Shown here: in pieces, positions 51,864-60,109 of the stretch | Layout of the letters: each line of letters starts with the position of its first letter | How positions within the stretch are numbered: the first letter of the stretch is position 1 | Origin: Sedimentisphaerales bacterium | Lineage (GTDB): Bacteria > Planctomycetota > Phycisphaerae > Sedimentisphaerales > SM23-30 | Direction: 5' to 3' (one strand) | Length of the DNA: 64,000 nucleotides | NCBI GenBank assembly: GCA_963666285.1 | Contig: OY762711.1 | Program-made: the position numbers and the translations under genes | The notes under the pieces: model-generated | The model's database searches: none | What the model saw: only the letters and a program-made list of their open reading frames with translations | What the model was told of the DNA's origin: nothing

Positions 51864-52000
51864 TTTATGCTTCGCATCACTTTGTGGCGTGTTCGCTTTT
51901 TGCCTGTTGCGGTTTTGGCTGACTACATCAGAAATACTCGCAATATATGAATAATACTGTGTTTTCTTCTTTGTCAGCCTCATCCTCACAGAGGCATAAA
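51864..52000 (+). repeat. Divergent member of the dispersed element family
   Basis: Starts tttatgcttcgcatca like copy 1; closed by inverted gaggcataaa; inner ggctgac/gtcagcc stem. Confidence 0.55.
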
Positions 52001-52299
52001 TCGGAACAGAAAATATTAAAGTGCTCTAATTTGATAATCTATTATTCATACGAATGCCGGTGTCCGGTCATATATATAGACGAAAAAAGCCGGAAACTGG
52101 CCAACTGTTTTTTAGAATAAACGAAAAAAAGATGAAAATCGACCATAGAATTAAAAAAAGAACAATCAATAAGCCAGATGCAAAACCAATGGCAAATATA
52201 AAGACGAGTAAAGAGATGACGTCCTGTACCTTAATTTTTATATTATAGTGGTACAGAACTTCTCTTATAGATTACCTACTATCAACAGACACCAAATAT

Positions 52300-53052
52300 T
52301 TATCGTCTGTGAGAAAGTGCACCGACAATCGGGGTGATAAAGTTCGGAATGATTTTATCGCTCATTAGATCTTCGATACATTCTTTGACCTCGGTGTAAG
52401 CCTCCTGGCTATCGAACTTAGAAGCCGGGTCCGGGTAGTGTCTGACGATCAAGTAAACGCTAAGCGGGCCAGACTCGGAATATTTACCGGTACGGGCCTG
52501 ATAAGCGCCAGTGCGAGACTCAAAGGTGAGCTTGGCCTGGAGCCGGCAGTCCTTGGTCATACCAATCAGTATTTCAGGATCGAAACCAAGCGGGCGATAA
52601 TTTTCGTTATCGAGCAGGTTCATAAAAGGTGTGTCCCTGAAAAGAGCTTCGGCGAAAATCTCGTCATGGTTACCATCATAATCGAAATCCATGCCGAACA
52701 TAAGTTCCAGGTTATTGATATCGAGATGAGTAACGCCGAGGGTATAAGGTATCTGATCAAGGATAAAACGGTTCTGTTCATCAACGATATCCAGAGATGT
52801 CGGATTGTACAGTCCGCTGAAAACATGGTCCTGACCGACAACGATACGACGATAGCTGCCAGCCTCTGCATCTTCGCTTAAGCAGAACTCACCTTCATCC
52901 CTTTGGTAAAAGGTATTCATAGATGGGTATTGCTTCTGAACACGATCGAAGAAATGGAGGATGGTGTCGCGGTCACTGGGCAGTTCCAGCTCAGTATTAA
53001 CCCGCATATTGACATAAAAATCGTCACACAATGTGCCGTAAGAGGTTGTCAT
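52300..53052 (-). CDS. Hypothetical protein (250 aa)
   Basis: Long ORF with SD gggaagg and globular, acidic composition; no motif recognised. Confidence 0.8.
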   Translation of the reverse strand: MTTSYGTLCDDFYVNMRVNTELELPSDRDTILHFFDRVQKQYPSMNTFYQRDEGEFCLSEDAEAGSYRRIVVGQDHVFSGLYNPTSLDIVDEQNRFILDQIPYTLGVTHLDINNLELMFGMDFDYDGNHDEIFAEALFRDTPFMNLLDNENYRPLGFDPEILIGMTKDCRLQAKLTFESRTGAYQARTGKYSESGPLSVYLIVRHYPDPASKFDSQEAYTEVKECIEDLMSDKIIPNFITPIVGALSHRR

Positions 53053-53392
53053 AGCCTTCCCTTATACTTTCCTTAAAACATTCGGAACTTAACAGTTTCC
53101 GATATACATAAAAAGCTATCTATCTGAACGATAATACTTTTTGTTATACTTGTCAATATAGAAAATTAATATTTTCCATACTTGTATAATAATTGCCCGA
53201 TCGCTCAAAATGATAATATGAATTGTAACAATAATTTCACGCTTAAAATACCGAATCCGGCAATTATAAGCTACAGTATTTATATGTTCCAGGGACAGCC
53301 GCGTTATGCCGCCGTCCCCGAAACTGAGTTCACAAATATAACTGCAACTATTATATTATAGCTGATAAAAAAGCAAATATCATAAAAATTGC

Positions 53393-54382
53393 TTAACTTT
53401 TATAACCGTCCGGATGAGATTGATGCCATTTCCAGGCATCGGCGATAATATCCTTAATATCGGTATACTTCGGTTCCCAGCCTAACTGCTTGCGCAGCTT
53501 ATCAGCACCGGCCACCAGTCTGGAAGTATCACCACTGCGTCGGGGCAGGAATTTAGTCGCAATTTCTTTACCGACAACTTCTTCGGCCGCTTTTATAACT
53601 TCCAGAACAGAGTTGCCGTTACCGGTTCCAATGTTAAAGTAGTCAGCTTTTCCGGGTTCTACGGCCTCGACGGCACGTACATGAGCATCGGCCAGATCTT
53701 CGACATGGATATAGTCACGAATACAGGTACCATCCGGGGTAGGATAGTCATCGCCGAACACACCGATAAATTCACGCTGGCCCAGCGGAACCTGGAGGAC
53801 AAGCGGGATAAGGTGAGTTTCCGGATCGTGAGCTTCGCCGAAATTGCCATCTATATCGGCACCACAAGCATTGAAATAACGCAGGATAGTGAAACCGAGA
53901 CCATAAGCATCTTTATAATGATCAATAATCCGTTCAAGGGCATACTTACTGAAAGCATACGGACTGACAGGCAGTTTCGGAGATTCTTCTGTCAGGCAAT
54001 CGTCGCCATCGCCCAGCGGAGCAAATACCGCAGCGGTACTGCTGAAGAGCATCTTTTTTACACCGCAGTCGGTCATGGCATTCAGCAATGTTAATGATGC
54101 CGAGATATTGTTATCATAATATTCGCGTGGTTTCTCGCATGATTCGCCCACAGCGATATAAGAAGCGAAATGCATAACCGCATCGATCTGTTTTTCCTTG
54201 AATACACTGACAAGTTTATCGTAGTCGTTAATATCGCCAACGATCAGCCTGTCTTGAGGGACAGACTCTTTGAAACCCTTGCAAAGATTGTCATAGGCCC
54301 AAACTTCATGACCGCGTTTGAGCAGGGTTCTTACTACTGTGCTGCCGACATAGCCGGCCCCGCCAGTTGCCAAAATTTTCAT
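53393..54382 (-). CDS. galE: UDP-glucose 4-epimerase
   Basis: TGGAGYVGS, FSSTAA, SPYAFSK, LRYFNACGA, DGTCIRDYIHV.DLA.AH; start reassigned to MKILAT. Confidence 0.95.
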   Translation of the reverse strand: MKILATGGAGYVGSTVVRTLLKRGHEVWAYDNLCKGFKESVPQDRLIVGDINDYDKLVSVFKEKQIDAVMHFASYIAVGESCEKPREYYDNNISASLTLLNAMTDCGVKKMLFSSTAAVFAPLGDGDDCLTEESPKLPVSPYAFSKYALERIIDHYKDAYGLGFTILRYFNACGADIDGNFGEAHDPETHLIPLVLQVPLGQREFIGVFGDDYPTPDGTCIRDYIHVEDLADAHVRAVEAVEPGKADYFNIGTGNGNSVLEVIKAAEEVVGKEIATKFLPRRSGDTSRLVAGADKLRKQLGWEPKYTDIKDIIADAWKWHQSHPDGYKS

Positions 54383-54423
54383 TACTTTCTTACTCCTATA
54401 AAAAAAGTTTTTCAACTAGTGCA

Positions 54424-54640
54424 GTTTATGCTTCGTATCATATGTATGACGCACTTTTGACTGTTCAACATTACACGCAAAGGCCGAAACAGGGCCTTGT
54501 GAATGAAAAACTTTATATTTAATTGTATTTCCGAGCTAATTCTCGAAAGTACATTTAATTCAAAGCGTTGCAGGAAGGCCCTTTCAGGCGATTTACCAGA
54601 GGCACTTCGTTATTGCAACTTAAAAGCCGCTAAAGTAAAC
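54424..54640 (+). repeat. Dispersed structured element, copy 3
   Basis: gtttatgcttcgtatc...gctaaagtaaac; fills most of the lepB-galE spacer. Confidence 0.9.
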
Positions 54641-54647
54641 AACTATA

Positions 54648-56258
54648 CTATCTGATAAATCTCATTCTGCCGACGTCAGGCACCAGGTTCAAATTGCCAA
54701 ACGGTAATTTATGCCCCGCCGGCCAATAAACAAAGAATGCCTTGCCAATCAGGTATTCTTCCGGAACAGTTCCAGTGGTATAGACCGGCTGACGCTGCCT
54801 GTCATAGCCCATGCCGCCCCAGAATCTTGAATCACTACTGGCAGCGCTGTTGTCACCCAGAACAAAATATTCCTCATCGCCTAAAGTTATCGGGTGCCCT
54901 TCGGTGGCAAGACCTGGGCTGCCGAAACCGCCCGGTGTGACAGTATAGTGAGTATCACGGAAAAGTTTAATATTTTCCAGCTCAAATTTGCCGCCACTAC
55001 CGGCAAGAGAAACCGTTGGATAACTGTTTTGATCCTGACCGCGATAGCCCCAGTCAGCGGCATCGTTTGGCCCGTCGTAAACGATAAGGTCTCGTTCTGG
55101 GCCTTCACCAACCTGCAGGATAAACTGATGGTTGACTATGGCAAAAGACACCATTCTCTGCTGACCGGCCTTTAAAGGTTTGATATCCTGAGAACAGATT
55201 ACTTTATCGTTATACTCGTCAAATATTTCACATTTACCGGAGAAGTCGATAGACGCTCTATAAGTGCGACCGTATTTACTCATATAGAAATAGAGCTTAC
55301 CCTGATCTTCTGTCGGCTGACATGATGCCGAGATTTTCAGATCACTGGTAATATCCTGAGTTCTTCGATTAAAACTCTGCCAGCCGTTATAGGAGATAAA
55401 GTTTGAAACGAGTACTTTTAATCTCCCCTGCTGGAAAGTCATAATATCGGTAGAATCAGAGCCGTCAAAATAATACCGCTTGGTAATATCATCCTCTCGC
55501 CAGGCGGTATTTTCTTCCTGGGCCGGCAGAAAAGGTTTGTCCCAGCCGTTGACTGACCTCTCGGCAGGAGGCTGGTAGTTCTGGTCAAAAATCGGTATCC
55601 ACATAACATCCTGAACATTTTCCGGACGCGGCTGAATCACGTTATTGATATATACATCACCATCAATAATTTCGACAGTCTCTCCCGGTCTACCGATCAT
55701 TCTCTTGATATAGTTATCCTGTATAAGCGGATCAACACCGTTCTGACCATCGGGAGCAGGGTTTTTGAATACCACTACATCCCAGATATCCGGCTGTTTG
55801 AACTGATAGATATATTTCAGAACAAGTATCCTGTCGCCATTGCAGACATTTCTCTGGATACTATTGTCAATCAACGAACCGCAGTATGGACACAGTACAT
55901 CTATGTGCCTGACCCTGGACTGAACGACATTGATAGGGTTGCCAGGTAACTTATTAGTTTTATATCCATAATGACCGGGTACATAGCCATAATTATACTG
56001 ATGACCGCAATTTTGACAGACAAGCCTGAAATGGGCACCGCGAAGGGTATCGGCCATACTGCCGGTTGGAATAACAAAAGCTTCGATAACAAAGGCTCTA
56101 AAGACAAAAGCCAGTACAAAAGCGATTACCAGAGACTCAATTGTATCTTTCAGGCTATGGGCCGCACTGGCCTGACCCTGGACAAATTTTACCCGGCCGC
56201 CTGCAATATCCGAATTACCGTTTTTTGTATCAGTCACTATCTTCTTTCCAAACAACAA
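54648..56258 (-). CDS. lepB: Signal peptidase I (planctomycete type with Zn-ribbon and large insertion)
   Basis: IPTGSMA.TL (Ser), CQNCG/CPYCG, GDRILV.K, YIKRMIG.PGE (Lys), YFVLGDNS..S.DSRFWG; start uncertain. Confidence 0.92.
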   Translation of the reverse strand: MLFGKKIVTDTKNGNSDIAGGRVKFVQGQASAAHSLKDTIESLVIAFVLAFVFRAFVIEAFVIPTGSMADTLRGAHFRLVCQNCGHQYNYGYVPGHYGYKTNKLPGNPINVVQSRVRHIDVLCPYCGSLIDNSIQRNVCNGDRILVLKYIYQFKQPDIWDVVVFKNPAPDGQNGVDPLIQDNYIKRMIGRPGETVEIIDGDVYINNVIQPRPENVQDVMWIPIFDQNYQPPAERSVNGWDKPFLPAQEENTAWREDDITKRYYFDGSDSTDIMTFQQGRLKVLVSNFISYNGWQSFNRRTQDITSDLKISASCQPTEDQGKLYFYMSKYGRTYRASIDFSGKCEIFDEYNDKVICSQDIKPLKAGQQRMVSFAIVNHQFILQVGEGPERDLIVYDGPNDAADWGYRGQDQNSYPTVSLAGSGGKFELENIKLFRDTHYTVTPGGFGSPGLATEGHPITLGDEEYFVLGDNSAASSDSRFWGGMGYDRQRQPVYTTGTVPEEYLIGKAFFVYWPAGHKLPFGNLNLVPDVGRMRFIR

Positions 56259-56692
56259 GTTATGAAACTTCCACTACCAAAAACATGCTCCTTTATAATA
56301 AGTTATAAAACATGCCGTAAATAAAAGTTACAATTTTTAATTATTTTTGCGTCAGATATTGTAACCGTAATATTTTTATAAATCTAGGCAAAACTGAAGC
56401 TAATGAAACGCGGCCAATACATGGCATTAAGCGATCATGTTAACTGAACAAGAGAAATCGAGGTTGAAAAAAACTGATTTTTCTTACAAATCCCGAAAGA
56501 TATCAAAACATTTCACGATATACATATATGGCGCATGACCTTGTCCGGCAGCTCTGAGGATAAACATCTATAATACAACTAGTTACATCACGACCGAACG
56601 GGTATTTTAGCTATTGCCGGTATAAATAAGCAAACAGCTTGCACAGCTAAACATTGCCAGATTGTTTTCAGAAATATATACGCCATAACCGG

Positions 56693-58213
56693 CTATTCTA
56701 TTGCCGACAGCTCTGCTTCATACTCTTTTGTCAAATCGACGACAGCATCCTGATAATCGATACATTTGTCCTCAAGTATTTCCAGATCTGCCCCAAAATA
56801 ATGATTGAAAATATGTCGATATGTATTGACCAGAGATAAATCATCAGGCAACTTATCATAATCATATCCAGGCAAGTATAAAGCGTTTAAATTGCCATAT
56901 TTTCTGAGTACCGAGACATCCTGGTTTTCATCCAGCATTCGCCATCGTAAACCATGATCGCCCTGGATAATAATAACAGGCGGCACTTTGGAATCAGCCT
57001 GAATATCACGGATAAGCTGCAATATAAGCTTATTTAGACCCAACAGGTGATTTTTGTAGCAAACTATCTGCTCTTCCCGAGACAAATCGATGGAACGCCC
57101 CCCTGATTGGATAGATGCGCCGTCGGCGTCTAAACACACCGGGTCGTGAGGAGACAATATATGGGAATACACAACTGCCGGACAAATATTTTCGTCTTTG
57201 ACAACATCACGAACAATTTTCCTGGTATCCATAATGGAATTGAACACCAGCAGGCTGTCAACATGATGCCGGAAAACCCGGAAAGGGGTATTGCCGATCA
57301 ACTCCATATGATAAGTGCTCCTGTACCCGGCGGAATACTGAATATCAGCTTTCCAGACTTTTCCCTGAGTAGCAACAGTCGGAGTAGTAACGGTAGTATA
57401 ACCGCATTTTTTCAAGAATGCGAACATCCTGTTATTATCCAGCAGGTTCTGCAAAACATACCGGGTCTTGAATTTTGTATATGATTCCAATTCCATATCT
57501 GTCAAATATCGATAGTTCAGCAGCGATGATGTTGACTGGGTTGTCATTGAATAATTGGAATGTGTCTTTGGCGGCACATAAAAGCCAAGACTTTTCAGTT
57601 CGTTAATAAAATCGCTGTTATCGATTCCCAATTCGGCTTTAAGCGAATCAGCGATCGGGTATTCATCCAAAATAAAATGATAAATATTGGGACAATTATC
57701 CGGTACTTTACCAGGTGCGACAACTTCTTTCGCCTGAACCGGGAACTGTTTAATAAAGTTGCTTTCCCGAATTTTAGCAGAAGCAAAATTCATAATACAA
57801 ACCAATATCATTACCATAGAAACAACATTAAACAAAACAGTAATTTTAGCTGATACTTTTTTTATTCTGCATAGCAATATGAAGACAGCCAAAAACAAAC
57901 CAGTAACCAGTAACAGTTCAGGATAGGTTCCAATATTTTTAATAATTCCGATTTTTCCTGCAAATGAACCTGCCTTGCCGTATGTAACAAGATATACAAC
58001 TAAAAACGCAGTTAAAAAAGCACACTTGTGAATATCTTTTGAAATTATTCCGCAGGCAAGCCAGAAAACAGAAGTTAACAGAACAGAAATAAACAGTGGG
58101 TAATAAGTATGACTTAAAGGGTGAATATACACATATTTCGTATATATAACGCAAACAAAGTTAATTGCCAGCAAAAAAGGATAGACAGGTATTTCACTTA
58201 ATTTATTTTTCAC
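56693..58213 (-). CDS. Membrane alkaline-phosphatase-superfamily (LtaS/sulfatase-like) enzyme
   Basis: About 5 N-terminal TMs; PNIYHFILDEY, SNYSMT, SPHDP, IIIQGDHG. Confidence 0.8.
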   Translation of the reverse strand: MKNKLSEIPVYPFLLAINFVCVIYTKYVYIHPLSHTYYPLFISVLLTSVFWLACGIISKDIHKCAFLTAFLVVYLVTYGKAGSFAGKIGIIKNIGTYPELLLVTGLFLAVFILLCRIKKVSAKITVLFNVVSMVMILVCIMNFASAKIRESNFIKQFPVQAKEVVAPGKVPDNCPNIYHFILDEYPIADSLKAELGIDNSDFINELKSLGFYVPPKTHSNYSMTTQSTSSLLNYRYLTDMELESYTKFKTRYVLQNLLDNNRMFAFLKKCGYTTVTTPTVATQGKVWKADIQYSAGYRSTYHMELIGNTPFRVFRHHVDSLLVFNSIMDTRKIVRDVVKDENICPAVVYSHILSPHDPVCLDADGASIQSGGRSIDLSREEQIVCYKNHLLGLNKLILQLIRDIQADSKVPPVIIIQGDHGLRWRMLDENQDVSVLRKYGNLNALYLPGYDYDKLPDDLSLVNTYRHIFNHYFGADLEILEDKCIDYQDAVVDLTKEYEAELSAIE

Positions 58214-59600
58214 TCTTATTCCTCATTAAATAAAGAATTCTTTCAGAACCAGGTATAGACTCCACATTAACGATATCAAAAAGGGTATTAAAAGCCTTTT
58301 CAAAACCTTCCCGTGTATAATGAGGGAATATATCATCCCTGGTTGCCAGCAGTTTTTTAACCTGCGAATCCTCTTTCGGTACAAACTCAATTATCAGGTT
58401 CCGCCCCACACCGGCAAAAAATTCTGCCAGTTTCTCTAATGGCACATTATTGCTTATTGCCAGATGGTGAATGAGAGCCAGGGCCATCACCAGATCAACC
58501 GGACCTCGCTGCACAAAGCTCATTCTTTCGGAATTGTTCCAGCCTATGGCACTGCTGGGATTTGTCAGGTCCAGCTGCAGCGGCAGTATAGTCTCACCTG
58601 TTTTGCGGGCGACAAGATAATTCTTCTCGACAGCAACAGGATCGATATCAAAAGCTACGGTATCAGCTCCAAGTTCCATCGCCAGCCTGCTGAATACCCC
58701 GGTATTGGCCCCCAGGTCCCAAACTGTTTTGGGTGATATATCTTTGATATAATTACTGATAATAGATTTCTTTGCATCTATCGAGTCATCAGAATAATTC
58801 GTATTGTTATAGTAATCACCCCATTCAGTATCAACTTCTTTCCATTTAAGCTTTCGCACCGCTTTTTCAAGGCTTTCAAGTATCCCGATATAACCAAATT
58901 TGCTCATTTTTCTGCCTGATGTGACAGATTTAGCATTAGTATCAGCAGCATATTTCGCCTGGGCCTTTGACAGCATATGGATATGCATTAAAATTCCAAC
59001 AGAAAACTTACTTCTGCCAGGTAAAAGTTTTGAAGCCAAATCGAGAGGGACACCATCGATAAATAACTCGCCAAGTTTACCAAGTCGAATATCACAATAG
59101 CTCATTAGAGCCAAAGGTGCGAGAAAATGCTGGCAAAACTGTTTATAGGCTTCCCACGGACTTCCTTCCTGATAAACTGCAAAACTAAGAGTGTCAATAA
59201 AAAATGGCCTGCTCTTAATGAATTGAATATTATAGGCACTGGCATCTTTTAAGGTCATCCCACATTCAAAAGCAAGTTTCTGAATTGCCAGAGTTGCCAG
59301 GGCGGCATCTTTCAGCTGGCTAAAACTCCATTCATATGGATAACTGATAAATGGAACCTGCTCAGGACAGATTACTTTATAAGCGGCGCCGGTTTCAGTT
59401 GAGGTAATATCATCAACTTCCACATGAGAAACCAGTAACCCTTCCCTGGCAAGCTTAGCATAAAGACCACATTCGAGAAAGAATTCGAAATCATTTCTGC
59501 CGGATTCATTTATTTGCCGATATATTTTTCCTTCCGGGCCTTTGAAGACAAATCCTGCCGGATCACGAAAGGAACAATCAGACAAATCTCCTTTGCTCAT
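58203..59600 (-). CDS. NoeA-like protein: kinase-like N-terminus plus class I SAM methyltransferase
   Basis: SFRDPAGFV, ISYPYEWSF.QLKDAA, LKDASAYNIQF..IDTLSF; VWDLGANTG.FS, ALALIHHL. Confidence 0.8.
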   Translation of the reverse strand: MSKGDLSDCSFRDPAGFVFKGPEGKIYRQINESGRNDFEFFLECGLYAKLAREGLLVSHVEVDDITSTETGAAYKVICPEQVPFISYPYEWSFSQLKDAALATLAIQKLAFECGMTLKDASAYNIQFIKSRPFFIDTLSFAVYQEGSPWEAYKQFCQHFLAPLALMSYCDIRLGKLGELFIDGVPLDLASKLLPGRSKFSVGILMHIHMLSKAQAKYAADTNAKSVTSGRKMSKFGYIGILESLEKAVRKLKWKEVDTEWGDYYNNTNYSDDSIDAKKSIISNYIKDISPKTVWDLGANTGVFSRLAMELGADTVAFDIDPVAVEKNYLVARKTGETILPLQLDLTNPSSAIGWNNSERMSFVQRGPVDLVMALALIHHLAISNNVPLEKLAEFFAGVGRNLIIEFVPKEDSQVKKLLATRDDIFPHYTREGFEKAFNTLFDIVNVESIPGSERILYLMRNKSEK

Positions 59601-59857
59601 TCTTTTTCTCCCGCTGCAATACTATCAGATTCTTCGGTTTGGTCGTCATTTTTATCGGAAGAAAAAAATGACAGAATATTTCTCCAAAACAACTTAATTG
59701 CTACCCCGGCACCAACAACCGAAGCAATAATCATTTGAAATATCATCGCCCCGGAACCAGGGTCCAGATAACCTAAAATTCGCGTATCTGAAGCAGAACA
59801 CATCGAAGAAAATGATATGATAATCAACAGAAAAAACATAGACCTTGTAAGAATCAT
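59597..59857 (-). CDS. Small membrane protein with YLDPGSG motif
   Basis: Two hydrophobic segments around YLDPGSG; SD ggag; ATGA overlap with the NoeA-like gene. Confidence 0.8.
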   Translation of the reverse strand: MILTRSMFFLLIIISFSSMCSASDTRILGYLDPGSGAMIFQMIIASVVGAGVAIKLFWRNILSFFSSDKNDDQTEESDSIAAGEKE

Positions 59858-59994
59858 ACTCTACAACTCCAACTATTTTAATAACTTACATGTAATAATT
59901 ACTATTAAAATCCTAATTAAAAAATTATCATACTGTTAATATAATTTTATTATACAAAATATGATTAGATATCCCAACCCTTAATAAAGGATAT

Positions 59995-60044
59995 AAAAAA
60001 AAGCATTTCAGCTTCCAGGAAAAACCGGAAACCAAAATGCTTTT
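59995..60044 (-). terminator. Intrinsic terminator
   Basis: aaaagcattt...ttcc...ggaa...aaatgctttt long stem with a minus-strand U-tract. Confidence 0.6.
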
Positions 60045-60109
60045 ATTTGATATATATTTCAGCTGTAAGCGAATTTCAAAGATTTGTTTCGCCGCAGCTA
60101 AAACGAAAT

